Shown here piece after piece: positions 1 through 10,458 of a DNA stretch of 64,000 nucleotides; the stretch's first letter is position 1; the number at the start of each line of letters is the position of its first letter. Origin of the DNA: Promethearchaeia archaeon (GTDB lineage: Archaea; Asgardarchaeota; Lokiarchaeia; Sigyniarchaeales; SOKP01); assembly GCA_029856145.1 (NCBI GenBank), contig JAHQWK010000008.1:135007-199006 (forward strand), written 5' to 3'. The position numbers and the translations under genes are program-made. The notes under the pieces are model-generated. The model saw only the letters and a list, made by a program, of their open reading frames with translations, searched no databases and was not told the origin of the DNA.

Positions 1-1
1 A

Positions 2-322
2 TCTGAGAATTGGATTAAAGTTAAAAATAAAAAACTCGGTATATTTTCAATTTATCTTAAAAATGGTAATGTGTATTATTATCCTAAAGTTTGTGAGAGA
101 TGTAAGGATCATACATGCCTGAAACTCAAAAAATCTCCATTTTTTATTTGCATTGAATTAGGAGAATCAGAAGGGTGGACTAATATTAATGGATTTGACC
201 AACCTGAACTCCTTATCTTAACAAAAATTTTTGCCTTGATAGAAGGTAACGAAAATAATTTACCAAGATCAGTATTAAAGCAAATTAAAAGTATTAACAT
301 ATGTGAGAAAGGTAGAAAATAA
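2..322 (+). CDS. Hypothetical protein, 5'-partial (runs off window start)
   Basis: The frame of ORF 71..322 is open back to position 2 (SENWIKVKNKKLGIFSIYLKNGNV...); contains CxxC-x4-C. Confidence 0.65.
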   Translation, partial: SENWIKVKNKKLGIFSIYLKNGNVYYYPKVCERCKDHTCLKLKKSPFFICIELGESEGWTNINGFDQPELLILTKIFALIEGNENNLPRSVLKQIKSINICEKGRK

Positions 323-325
323 AAA

Positions 326-748
326 ATGACAGCAGTATTAAAAACTTTTGAGTTAAAAACAAAAGCTTATTGTGATATTATCAATATAACTGAACAAGTT
401 CAACAATGCATAAACAAAAGTGGTATAAACGATGGAATCATAAATGTCCATGTAGCTGGGTCCACAGGTGCAATTTCAACTGTAGAGTATGAACCAGGAC
501 TTGTAAAGCATGACATCAAGCAGCTGCTAGAAAAATTAATACCGTATGACGAAGATTATGCTCATCATAAAACTTGGCATGATTATAATGGAGCTGGACA
601 TTTAAGGAGTTTTCTAATTAAAACCTCCCAAGTTTTTCCATTTAAAAATCAAAAATTGATTTTAGGAACTTGGCAGCAAATTATTTTTATTGAATGTGAT
701 GAACGAGCCAGATCCAGAAAAATATACTGTACGATTGTTGGCGACTAA
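326..748 (+). CDS. yjbQ: YjbQ/UPF0047 family protein (secondary thiamine-phosphate synthase-like)
   Basis: Motifs NITEQV, GSTGAISTVEYEPGL, HH..W.D.NG.GHLRS, LGTWQQIIFIECD. Confidence 0.92.
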   Translation: MTAVLKTFELKTKAYCDIINITEQVQQCINKSGINDGIINVHVAGSTGAISTVEYEPGLVKHDIKQLLEKLIPYDEDYAHHKTWHDYNGAGHLRSFLIKTSQVFPFKNQKLILGTWQQIIFIECDERARSRKIYCTIVGD

Positions 749-784
749 GAATTTCAGAGTATTTTAAAAAAAATAAAAAGTTTA

Positions 785-1024
785 TTATTTTGGCTTAGCG
801 TTTTTTATTAAATTATCCAATTCTGTTATTATTATTTGGTATTTATCTCGAATCCGAATTTTCTCGAATTTATTTGTAAGACCCATGACTGATTGATCAA
901 ACTGATTTACTTTTTGAGTAAATACAGGGATTTTCTTAAGTGTTTTATATGTGTTTTCTTTTAGACTAATCTGATATTCTAAATTTTGTAAAAATTTATT
1001 TTCTATTTCTATCAAATACATCAT
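785..1024 (-). CDS. Small hypothetical helical protein
   Basis: 79-aa ORF with host-like K/I/E-rich composition, filling a gap. Confidence 0.55.
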   Translation of the reverse strand: MMYLIEIENKFLQNLEYQISLKENTYKTLKKIPVFTQKVNQFDQSVMGLTNKFEKIRIRDKYQIIITELDNLIKNAKPK

Positions 1025-1233
1025 CCTATTTCATAAATTATATTATTGAGTAAAATCAGTCCATCTGCTTTAAAAAATATAAATGTCATATAAATATCAT
1101 CGAAATTACTCTAAAATCACTATTCTTTTAGTGGTTTCTCTTAATAAATTGAAATTATAAACATAGGAATAATATTTAGATGAGATCTCGATATTATATC
1201 GATCAATATACATTTTAGCGCAAAAATTCTAAC

Positions 1234-1545
1234 TTAAAAACTCTGTTTTACTAGGTTATACAAGAGGATGCCCAGCAATTCTCTTTGTTCTCTGACAGTT
1301 CTAGCAATTCCGTTCAGGTTTATTATCATTGCTCCAAGACAAAGTATTCCCCCTGAAAACACGATAACCCATCCTAATGAAGGTTCACGGAGAGGAAAGT
1401 TATCCCATGCAAGTAAAAATCCAACAATTCCTATTATATACCAAAAAAGCATGAAAGAAAAATAACATTTAATCTTTCTATTACTGTATATATTTAACCT
1501 TCTAATTAGGATTTTAAATTTTATGATAAATTTTGAATTGGTCAT
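1234..1545 (-). CDS. Small membrane protein (2 predicted TM helices)
   Basis: Two hydrophobic stretches (FMLFWYIIGIVGFLLAW; LGWVIVFSGGILCLGAMII). Confidence 0.6.
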   Translation of the reverse strand: MTNSKFIIKFKILIRRLNIYSNRKIKCYFSFMLFWYIIGIVGFLLAWDNFPLREPSLGWVIVFSGGILCLGAMIINLNGIARTVREQRELLGILLYNLVKQSF

Positions 1546-1664
1546 ATCTCTGAATTTAAATTATAAGGTATCAATTTAAACAAAAAAAAACCAAAGAGTT
1601 TTTTTTTTAAAAAGTTATAGTTAATTAGATTTTATAAAAAAAATATAATAAAAGACAAAAAATC

Positions 1665-2987
1665 ATGAATTTAAATGCAAATGAATTTATGAAAAAAATT
1701 CAACTTTTAATGTCTCAGGGGCAAGTTGAAGAGGCAATTGATTTACTTGAAGACTCTATAAAGTCCAACCCTAAGTTTGTTGAGAGATGGATGTTGCTTG
1801 CATCGATTTTTCGAGCTGTGGGGCGAATTGATAAGTCAATCGAGATTTGTAAAAAAGCCTCAGAGATTATACCTGACAATTCAATAATCTGGAATAATCT
1901 TGGGCATCTATATATTGAGAAAAATCTTTATGAGGAAGCGATTGACCCAATTAAAAAAGCATTATCCATTGACTCTAAAAATGCGAGTGCGTGGTTTTCT
2001 CTTGGTCGAGTATATGTGTCGAAAGAGGATTATACCCAAGGTATTGAAGCTTTTGAAAAAGCGGTAAAAATCGCACCAAATCGAGTTGAATTATGGAATG
2101 CTCTGGGATCAGCATTAGATGATAATAATCAGTATAAAGAATCAATCAGAGCCTATAAGAAAGCGTTAGAACTTCAACCGGATTCATTTAATACTATGGT
2201 TGGTTTAGGTATGGTCTATGCAAATGCTGGAGATTTTAAGGACGCAATAAAGACTTATGAAAAATGTTTAAAAGTTGAACCTGATAACGAAGTGTTATGG
2301 TTTCAACTTGGTAAGGCACTTTCAGGTGCGGGGAAATTAGATGACGCAGTTAGGGCAATCAAGGAGGGATTAGCTCTCAATCCTAGTATTGTTCAAGCAT
2401 GGATGGATCTCCACGATGTATATGAAAAGAAAGGAGAACAAGAGCTTGCAATTGAAGCCATGAGAAAAGCTATGGTAACGGGAAAAGTGGATATTGCATT
2501 CGCAGGTAGTGAAGAAGAAGCAATATCCAAAATTGGTGAATGGGGTCAAGAGCAAAAAAACAAGGAAACTGAGCTTGATTCAATGGTAGAAAGACGATTA
2601 TTCCCTTCTTGGTCATTTAAGGTCCCACCAGATTTTGAAGAGCGTCCAGACGGAAACAGAACTCAGTTGATTTCGCCTGATGGAGAAAGATGCATTACAA
2701 CAAGTGCATTAACTTTTGGAGAACAAGCACTCCCTGAAATTATTGCTGATATTGGCAGACAATATGAACAAGCGGGATTTAAAAAAAGATTTGATATAAA
2801 ATACAAGGATTACACCGGTTTTGTCTTTGAAAATGACCAGTACGCTCATATGGGTACTTTTGTAATACAAAGGGCAATGGCTGCACCTTCAGGAGTCCTT
2901 ATGTTGACATTCTCTGTCGCCGACACAAAAGAAAATAAAGATTGGGCTTTGCTTGTAATTAATACAGTGAAGTATTACAAAAACTAA
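1665..2987 (+). CDS. TPR-repeat protein with C-terminal globular domain
   Basis: About 7-8 consecutive 34-aa TPR units (W..LG..Y......A...F.KA....P) followed by a ~130-aa non-repeat domain. Confidence 0.9.
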   Translation: MNLNANEFMKKIQLLMSQGQVEEAIDLLEDSIKSNPKFVERWMLLASIFRAVGRIDKSIEICKKASEIIPDNSIIWNNLGHLYIEKNLYEEAIDPIKKALSIDSKNASAWFSLGRVYVSKEDYTQGIEAFEKAVKIAPNRVELWNALGSALDDNNQYKESIRAYKKALELQPDSFNTMVGLGMVYANAGDFKDAIKTYEKCLKVEPDNEVLWFQLGKALSGAGKLDDAVRAIKEGLALNPSIVQAWMDLHDVYEKKGEQELAIEAMRKAMVTGKVDIAFAGSEEEAISKIGEWGQEQKNKETELDSMVERRLFPSWSFKVPPDFEERPDGNRTQLISPDGERCITTSALTFGEQALPEIIADIGRQYEQAGFKKRFDIKYKDYTGFVFENDQYAHMGTFVIQRAMAAPSGVLMLTFSVADTKENKDWALLVINTVKYYKN

Positions 2988-3047
2988 TGAGGTTTCAAGA
3001 CTCAAAGTAAGACAGAACAATGAATTAAAAGTTTATAATCATATTTC

Positions 3048-5804
3048 ATGTTTAGTATGGAAGAAAATATCTTAAAATGTAAAAATTGTGGTTCTACGGA
3101 TATTTTACAAACTATTGAAGGATTTGTGTGTAGAAGCTGTGGAATACTCTGGAATGATGATATGGAATATAGCAAACTTACTAAACCGAAAGAGTTTAAA
3201 GTTAACGATTATCTAAGTTTAAAGTTAGAGGGTAATAGTACCAATATCTATGTTAAAGGAAGATTATTCCAACAGTGCAAATTTCTCTTATTGAATATAC
3301 CTATTGATGAGATAACATCGTTTGATGCTGTTGAATCGATCGATGAAGCAGCAGATAAGTTGGATCGCTCATTAGAAAACCCTTCAAGTAATTTTATGAT
3401 CCCTCCTGAAACGGAATTCTGGGGTCACTGTTCAAATCTACAAGTCTGGTATGAAAATAATTACGATACACGTTTAATCCATAGTAATTTGGCATTTCCT
3501 TTATTGAAAAGACTAGTGGAAGCCGGGGATGTGAATGCTAAGAAAGTCTCTAAAGAGGAGATTGTTAACCGATATATCGAAGGAAATGAAACAGTTCAAA
3601 CCTATTTAATGGAGCAAGGCTATTTAACCAATCTAGAAAGTGAAGAACTCAAATTATTAGCCATGGAATTATTCGGAAAAGAGAATTATACTGGTTTGGC
3701 TCTCTTTAACATAAACACTATTCAACATATTAGGTTTAGAAAAGATGAAGTAATAGACTTAATTTTTGATTCGAATTATGAATTTAAAAGTTGGATAAAT
3801 AAATTCTTAAAAGAAAGACTTAATGCTGGATTATTCATTCATAGATTATTATTATCTTTATTTACTACTAGCCTGAATAAAACCGATGAGTTTACAAAGA
3901 ACTTATATAAAAATGGTTTTAAGAAATGTTTTCTCCAAGCTGATAATAGAACAAAGTTAGAGTTAGCCTATAGGGCAGAATTACAGATCTTTGATAATAA
4001 AGAGAGAGAACACCTTCTTAATTTTATAGATTTTGAGGTAATAAATGAATATCAACCAGAAGAAGCACTCCATATATTAAGTCATTTTGTATATTATGAG
4101 TCGACTAAAGCTAGAAAAGTCCTTCACGAAAAGATAAAAAAGTATTTTGAAAATAAAAATAAGGCTATGATACGACATATAATTGAATGTAAATATATAC
4201 AATACTTAGAGCCTCGTGAATTAGATTTTTTAATAGAAAATTTTGATTACACAATTATAACTGAACAGGAAGTAAGAAAACCTTTTGAAGATGAAGCGTA
4301 TAAGCAATTAGGAATCTTAGGTAATTTTGGATATTCTAAGGCAAATCAGATTCTTAAGGAAGAATTTTTGAAAAGATTTAAAGAGGATCAGCTTAAGGGA
4401 GTTGATTTCTTAAGGGGATATCTAAGTCATTTAAAAAGAACTGAGTTAGAAGATTTTTTAAAAGATTTAGATTATACCACAATCCTCAATCAAGATTTTT
4501 CACATACTTTCAATATATTAAGCACATTAGAGGAAATGGGGATTCAGAAAGCAAGAAGAATATACAAGCAATTATATGGATCCCGTCCACTAGTTAAACT
4601 TTTTTCCTCTATGGATACCAGCAAACAGGAGAGCATTTATGAAAAAAAGTTAGAATTAATACGAAGTATTTTACCTCCCTTAGAATACACTTTTCTACAA
4701 GAGCTTCAGTTACTAATTGACGAGAAAATTCAAATTTTTATAGATCCAAGAATTAGTAATTCTCCTTCCATTGTAATTAAGCAAAAGAAAATTTCACAAA
4801 TAAGGATGGAGAGACAAAATATAGAAGTAATACCGAAATCTATTAGAAATTTAAAATCTTTGAAAATTTTAAATCTCAATTACAATCGATTGAAAGCCCT
4901 ACCTGAAGAAATTGGTGAAATAACCTTTCTTGAGGATCTTTTGCTAATGGACAATTCAATCACAGGATTACCCGAGACAATGGGAAAGTTAGTTCATTTA
5001 CGGTATTTAGATTTGACGAGGAATAAACTAGATTCCCTACCTCGTTCGATTACAAAGCTTAAAAAATTAGAATATTTAAATTTAAATTTCAACAACTTTC
5101 GAAACATGCCTAAAATTATTGGGAAATTAGAATCTCTAAAGTATCTTTTTTTTGATTATAATCAATTACATAATTTGCCTAACATTTTTCATAAATTAGG
5201 AAATTTAAAACGAATTGACCTGCAAGGGAATAGATTAAAGACAATACCTGGGGCATTACTAAAATTAAATTCTATTAAGAAGATATCTTTATCCAAGGAG
5301 TTTTTAGATATGAAGACCATTAATCTGCTTGAGTCAATAAAAAAGGAGTATTCTAAATTTGTGAAAGAAGCGGATAGAAAACCTTCAATCTGGAGTATGC
5401 TATGGGAGGAACCCATGGTAAAACCCTTAAATATTTTGTTTGATAAATACATTCTTCGATTTTTTTATGAATGGGGGGGATTTACCAACATTTTTTGGTC
5501 TTACAATGATGAAACTATCACTAAATATGGATATCCTGCTAGACTATACAGTTTACCTTTATCTTCTGATATAATAGATAAATTTAGGTCTCTTTCTATG
5601 AAGTGGCAAAAAATAAATAGATTTTTCATGTATAAAGAAAAATATAATATTGGCTCAAATCTTGAAGTCGAAGCAATGGAGAAGGAACTAGAGGTATTAA
5701 AAAATGAGACTAAAGATACATTTTTAAAGGCGATAAAGCAATTAGGGCCTAATTTTCAGGTTAAGTTCCAAATGGAAGGATATGGACTTCCATATGAGAG
5801 ATAA
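3048..5804 (+). CDS. Zn-ribbon + Loki-type N-terminal domain + helical repeats + leucine-rich repeat protein
   Basis: CKNCGS...CRSCG ribbon; PETEFWGHCSNLQVW...IHSNLAFPLLKRL domain; ~7 LxxLxLxxNxLxxLP repeats. Confidence 0.88.
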   Translation: MFSMEENILKCKNCGSTDILQTIEGFVCRSCGILWNDDMEYSKLTKPKEFKVNDYLSLKLEGNSTNIYVKGRLFQQCKFLLLNIPIDEITSFDAVESIDEAADKLDRSLENPSSNFMIPPETEFWGHCSNLQVWYENNYDTRLIHSNLAFPLLKRLVEAGDVNAKKVSKEEIVNRYIEGNETVQTYLMEQGYLTNLESEELKLLAMELFGKENYTGLALFNINTIQHIRFRKDEVIDLIFDSNYEFKSWINKFLKERLNAGLFIHRLLLSLFTTSLNKTDEFTKNLYKNGFKKCFLQADNRTKLELAYRAELQIFDNKEREHLLNFIDFEVINEYQPEEALHILSHFVYYESTKARKVLHEKIKKYFENKNKAMIRHIIECKYIQYLEPRELDFLIENFDYTIITEQEVRKPFEDEAYKQLGILGNFGYSKANQILKEEFLKRFKEDQLKGVDFLRGYLSHLKRTELEDFLKDLDYTTILNQDFSHTFNILSTLEEMGIQKARRIYKQLYGSRPLVKLFSSMDTSKQESIYEKKLELIRSILPPLEYTFLQELQLLIDEKIQIFIDPRISNSPSIVIKQKKISQIRMERQNIEVIPKSIRNLKSLKILNLNYNRLKALPEEIGEITFLEDLLLMDNSITGLPETMGKLVHLRYLDLTRNKLDSLPRSITKLKKLEYLNLNFNNFRNMPKIIGKLESLKYLFFDYNQLHNLPNIFHKLGNLKRIDLQGNRLKTIPGALLKLNSIKKISLSKEFLDMKTINLLESIKKEYSKFVKEADRKPSIWSMLWEEPMVKPLNILFDKYILRFFYEWGGFTNIFWSYNDETITKYGYPARLYSLPLSSDIIDKFRSLSMKWQKINRFFMYKEKYNIGSNLEVEAMEKELEVLKNETKDTFLKAIKQLGPNFQVKFQMEGYGLPYER

Positions 5805-6034
5805 AGAGCTTACACGGTTAGCATCTTGAATAACAAATAAATAGGTATTATAAATTAAGATCGCTTTTCATTCAAAAAAAAATAAGTGGATGAAATTATA
5901 GAAATTACATTAAAATTGAAATAGAAATTGGATTTTGATGAGTGACGGTAAGCAAATAAATAAAGTAGATTTTTACATAAGTTAAAAAATATGGAATTTA
6001 TTAATTTTATAATTAGAAAACTTAAGGATTAACA

Positions 6035-6958
6035 ATGGAAGGCTTATTAAAAATTATCGTGAGCGGGCTTGACAATGCAGGTAAGACATCAATCTTAACA
6101 GCTTTAGATAAAAAGTATGATTTTGCGAAAGATATCCTTCAGCTCAAGCCAACTATTAGAGTTGAGTATCATAAGATGAATTTCTTGCGCAGCAATTGTG
6201 TGATATGGGACATGGGTGGCCAAGAAACATATCGTGAGATTTACATTAATTACCAAGATGTTTATTTTGATGCTACTGATTTACTTATCTATGTAATTGA
6301 TATTCAAGATCCAGAACGATTTGATAATTCACTTGAATATTTAAATGCGATTTTAACCTTTTTCTCAGAAAGTGAAATGGACGTTCCAATAATCATAACT
6401 TTTCATAAATATGATCCTGAATTAAAGGCTGATGAAGAGATCCTCGCAAATATTGAAAAATTAAGGGAAAAAATATTAAATGAATATCCTGATATAAATA
6501 TATTATTTCAGCAGTCGTCCATTTATGATATTATTTCTATTGTCCAGCTAGTTTCATATGGTCTTTCTGTGTTTGATAAAAAGTTTTTTGAACTTTCAGA
6601 ATTATTGGAATATTATTTGGAAATTTTTAATAGTCAAGCTCTAATCGTATTTGATCGTAATGGGATCATTATTTCTGAATATTACAATGATATTGAACCA
6701 GAAGTCTATGTTGAGTTGTTAGATTCAATTAAAGAACATATCTTCTTACTTAAGCGGATGGAAGAGGAAAAAATTGAAGGAAATTTTGATTTTACCTCAA
6801 CTGAAGGTATACTCTTTTCCTATTTACTCAGAAAGAAAATAAAGAATGAAATGTTTTTCGTGTCAGCAGTACTTAGAGAACAGCAAAAAGAGAATTTCTT
6901 TGAAAAATTCCCTGCTTTTCTTGATGATTTAGTTAAGATTTTAGAGCAAATAATATAA
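6035..6958 (+). CDS. Rag-like small GTPase with C-terminal roadblock/longin-like domain
   Basis: GLDNAGKTS, PT, WDMGGQ, HKYD, SSIYD; C-terminal ALIVFDRNGIIISEY. Confidence 0.85.
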   Translation: MEGLLKIIVSGLDNAGKTSILTALDKKYDFAKDILQLKPTIRVEYHKMNFLRSNCVIWDMGGQETYREIYINYQDVYFDATDLLIYVIDIQDPERFDNSLEYLNAILTFFSESEMDVPIIITFHKYDPELKADEEILANIEKLREKILNEYPDINILFQQSSIYDIISIVQLVSYGLSVFDKKFFELSELLEYYLEIFNSQALIVFDRNGIIISEYYNDIEPEVYVELLDSIKEHIFLLKRMEEEKIEGNFDFTSTEGILFSYLLRKKIKNEMFFVSAVLREQQKENFFEKFPAFLDDLVKILEQII

Positions 6959-6984
6959 ACTAAATTAAAGGGAAAAGAATAATA

Positions 6985-8085
6985 TTAATCTATATTTAGA
7001 AGACTTCGAGCTTTATCTATTAGTTTTTCTTTTTTCTTTTTATGGCTTTTTATGAATTTTAATACTTTCTCAACACATTCTTGTTTATGATCACCACACA
7101 TCAATTCACCTTTAACACACATTTCAAAGTCCTTGGCTAATTTTTCATCATCTTCTTCAAAGTGATACATGAGTATCTTATAAATCATGCATTTCTGAGG
7201 TTCACCACCTAATTCCTTCTGTTCCTTAAGATTTTTTCTGCCACCAGTAAGCGCTCCTTTAACCTTCTTTTCAATTGATTCTAGCGATTCATTAAACGTG
7301 AAGTAACTGTTTGGATGCCTTTTAGCCATTTTTTCGGAACCATCAATTCCCGCTAATAGATAATGATAAGTAGCGCCTGGCAAGAAAAATTTCTTATAAT
7401 TTCTTCTGGTTAAATCCCTAGTAAGACGAATATGAGGATCTTGATCTATTCCTACAGGTACAAGAGTCGGTTGAGGCCCTTCTCTTACTTGTGGAAGTAT
7501 GATATCTCCTACTTGAACCAATGAGGAAATGTAAAGACCAAATGTTCGCTCACCATAAATTGCTTTTAACATATTCTGTGTGACTAACCTACTAACCTTA
7601 AAACAAATATCTTTGACTTTTGGCTCTAGTGATTGTCTCCAAATATATGCTTTTTCTGGAGATGGGTCCAAACCGAGTGCTAATATATCTGCAAGATTAT
7701 CTACCGCCGTTATTTCTGCTTCCTCCCATGGTATTCCATTGTCTTCCCAACTTTCAATATCTGCAATTCCATAATACGCTTTTCCTCCCATTTTCTGAAA
7801 TTCTACGATCTCTAAGGCTGTAGTTGATGTTCCTAAATGAAATGGTCCAGAAGGTTTAATTCCGCTCATTACTGCCCATGGTTGACCTTTTTCTATAGCC
7901 TTGAAAATAAGGCCTAAATCGCGATGTCCAAAAATGATTTTTCTTCTAATAAATCGATTCTCTATCATTTTTTGTCTAAGAGATTCTGATATTTCCTCGA
8001 TCCCAAACTTTTTAATTAATCTAGTATAATCTTCTTCTTCGATTGCTGAGCCTCCCCAAGGATCTATTTTAAAATCGTCGACCAT
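6985..8085 (-). CDS. trpS: Tryptophanyl-tRNA synthetase (archaeal type)
   Basis: IDPWG, IIFGHRD, SGIKPSGPFHLG, VPVGIDQDPHIRLTRD, KMAK, ALTGGR, CG.HK. Confidence 0.95.
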   Translation of the reverse strand: MVDDFKIDPWGGSAIEEEDYTRLIKKFGIEEISESLRQKMIENRFIRRKIIFGHRDLGLIFKAIEKGQPWAVMSGIKPSGPFHLGTSTTALEIVEFQKMGGKAYYGIADIESWEDNGIPWEEAEITAVDNLADILALGLDPSPEKAYIWRQSLEPKVKDICFKVSRLVTQNMLKAIYGERTFGLYISSLVQVGDIILPQVREGPQPTLVPVGIDQDPHIRLTRDLTRRNYKKFFLPGATYHYLLAGIDGSEKMAKRHPNSYFTFNESLESIEKKVKGALTGGRKNLKEQKELGGEPQKCMIYKILMYHFEEDDEKLAKDFEMCVKGELMCGDHKQECVEKVLKFIKSHKKKKEKLIDKARSLLNID

Positions 8086-8308
8086 GCTTTATTTCACTCT
8101 TTTCATATTTGTTGATATTAAAAATATATACAGAATAATAAATTTTGATACATTTGAATTAAGTTCCAAAAAGTCTATAAAAATTGATGTTAAAAAATTT
8201 TCAATGAAAGTTTTATAAAATGAAATTTTTCTAAACTTTTATATAGTTCTCAAAATAAAATATATTGATCGAACTTAAACTTCGTAATTATATTAAGGTT
8301 TGTTCTTA

Positions 8309-8767
8309 ATGAAGAAAGAGAAAGCCCTGGACGAAATCGACCGGAATATACTCAGAATTTTGCAGGGAAATGCTAGAACATCCTATAGAGAGATCCAAGA
8401 TAAATTGGGCATTTCAATAGGAACTATTCACAATCGAATTTCGAAGTTAAAAAAGAATAGTGTGATTGAGGGATATACTTTACGCTTAAACAATGAGAAA
8501 TTGGGTTATAAATTAGCTTTCCTCATAAGAATCAATTGTGATGGTAAATTTACTGAGGAAATCTTAAATGACCTTACGCAAATTCCTGAAGTATGTTCCA
8601 TCTTTCATACAACTGGAGAACAGTCAGCAGCATTAATTTGTCGTTTCAAAGAAAGTGATGATGTCCATGAATTCATTCGAAATCTAAATCAAAAAGAATA
8701 TATTACACGAACGAATTCAAATATGATTCTTAAAGAGTACAAAAACACTTCTTTCGTAGAAATTTAA
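8309..8767 (+). CDS. Lrp/AsnC family transcriptional regulator
   Basis: LDEIDRNILRILQGNARTSY...GISIGTIHNRI HTH plus RAM domain; ATG 8309 preferred over TTG 8300. Confidence 0.93.
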   Translation: MKKEKALDEIDRNILRILQGNARTSYREIQDKLGISIGTIHNRISKLKKNSVIEGYTLRLNNEKLGYKLAFLIRINCDGKFTEEILNDLTQIPEVCSIFHTTGEQSAALICRFKESDDVHEFIRNLNQKEYITRTNSNMILKEYKNTSFVEI

Positions 8768-8880
8768 ATTTTTTAATTAAAGTAATTTTATTTTTAATAT
8801 TTCCATAAACTTTTTTTAATTTTGTGATTTAGAGATCTATATAAATAAAGTTTTAAAATTACATTAAAGAAGTGAAATAG

Positions 8881-10458
8881 ATGAGCAATGTTCCAATAAT
8901 CATTTTAAAGGAAGGAACAGAGGAAGTTCGTGAGAGAGAAGCGCGAAAACAGAATATTACAGCAATGGTCGCGATCGCTGAGACTGTACGTTCCACACTA
9001 GGCCCTAAAGGAATGTCAAAAATGCTTGTTGATTCAATGGGCGATGTTACTATTACTAATGATGGCGCAGAGATTCTTAAGAACCTTGATATCGAAAATA
9101 TAGCAGCGAATATGATGGTTAATGTAGCAAAATCCATTGATGATGATATCGGTGATGGAACTACATCAGCAGTAATTTTTTCTGCTGCTTTATTAAATAA
9201 TGCTTTAGAATTGATTGAACAAGATATTCATCCAAAACCTATTACTCATGGATATAAACTAGCAGCTGATAAAGCGCTTGCTATAATTAAAGAAATTGCG
9301 GTAAAAATTACGAGTGATAATGATGAGGTTCTTAAAGACGCCGCTAAAACTGCAATGAATGCCAAAGAAATTGCTCCGTTAAAAGATTTTTTTTCAGATT
9401 TAGCATTAAGAGCAATGAAACAAATTACAGATGATGATGGAAAAACATTTAACAAAGTAAGCAATGTAAAAATCGTAAAAGCTCCAGGAAAATCCCTTAA
9501 AGAAACAGAATTAATTAATGGAGTCTACACTCAAAAAGACAAAGTAAATTCTATGATGCCAGATACTATAAAAGATGCAAAGATCGCTGTTATTAGAAGA
9601 AAATTAGATGTAAAAAAGACAGAATTTGATGCCCAAATTCGGATCTCTAGTCCCTCTGAAATCCAAAAATTCCTCGACCAAGAAGATAAAATACTCACAG
9701 ATTACTTAAAAATATTTAAGGACTTAGGAGTTAATTTGATTGTAAATAGTAGTGACGTTTCCGATAAATTTGGTGCCTTTTTAGCAAGGGAAGGAATTGC
9801 AGCTATTAAAAATGTTGGTGAGAGTGATTATAAATCGATTTTAAAAGCTGTTGGCGCTAAACTTGTTGATGATTTATCATCCCTCTCAGAGGACGATTTA
9901 GGGTTTGCCGAAAAAGTACATTTTGAAAAATTAGGTGATGATGAATATACATTATTCTCAGGGTGTAAAAATCCTAAATCAGTTTCTATCTTACTCAAAG
10001 GTGGGCTTGATAAGATTCTTAGTACCGCGGAAGTCTCTTTACACGATGTATTATCAGTTATTGCTAAAATAATAGATACAAAAGCAGTTGTAGCAGGAGG
10101 AGGAGCAATTTACATTGAACTTGCCAAAAGGATTAGAGCATATGCAAATGAAATTAGTGGAAAAGAGCAGCTAGCTGTAAATGCATTTGCCTTAGCTCTT
10201 GAAGAGATCCCAAAGACGTTAATAAGGAATGCCGGATTAGAAGAAATCGAAAAATTAACTGAATTAAGAGCAGCTCATAAAACTGATGATGACAAATGGG
10301 TGGGAATTGATACCATTACAAATACTATCGGAGATAATTTTGAAAAGGGAATCGTTGAGCCTGCAGAACTAATCAATCATATCATAAAATCTGGGAGCGA
10401 ATTAGCTAACTTAATCTTGAGAGTAGACAGAATTATTAGTGCTAAAGGTAGCAGATAA
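8881..10458 (+). CDS. Thermosome (group II chaperonin) subunit
   Basis: TLGPKGMSKMLVD, TITNDGA, GDGTTS, VAGGGA, LILRVD; short C-terminus without GGM tail. Confidence 0.96.
   Translation: MSNVPIIILKEGTEEVREREARKQNITAMVAIAETVRSTLGPKGMSKMLVDSMGDVTITNDGAEILKNLDIENIAANMMVNVAKSIDDDIGDGTTSAVIFSAALLNNALELIEQDIHPKPITHGYKLAADKALAIIKEIAVKITSDNDEVLKDAAKTAMNAKEIAPLKDFFSDLALRAMKQITDDDGKTFNKVSNVKIVKAPGKSLKETELINGVYTQKDKVNSMMPDTIKDAKIAVIRRKLDVKKTEFDAQIRISSPSEIQKFLDQEDKILTDYLKIFKDLGVNLIVNSSDVSDKFGAFLAREGIAAIKNVGESDYKSILKAVGAKLVDDLSSLSEDDLGFAEKVHFEKLGDDEYTLFSGCKNPKSVSILLKGGLDKILSTAEVSLHDVLSVIAKIIDTKAVVAGGGAIYIELAKRIRAYANEISGKEQLAVNAFALALEEIPKTLIRNAGLEEIEKLTELRAAHKTDDDKWVGIDTITNTIGDNFEKGIVEPAELINHIIKSGSELANLILRVDRIISAKGSR

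Noticed and set aside
6985-8085. Degenerate HIGH/KMSKS motifs (HLGT, KMAKR) suggesting an inactive TrpRS
   Set aside because: Such variation is within the range of archaeal TrpRS, and all other motifs are intact.
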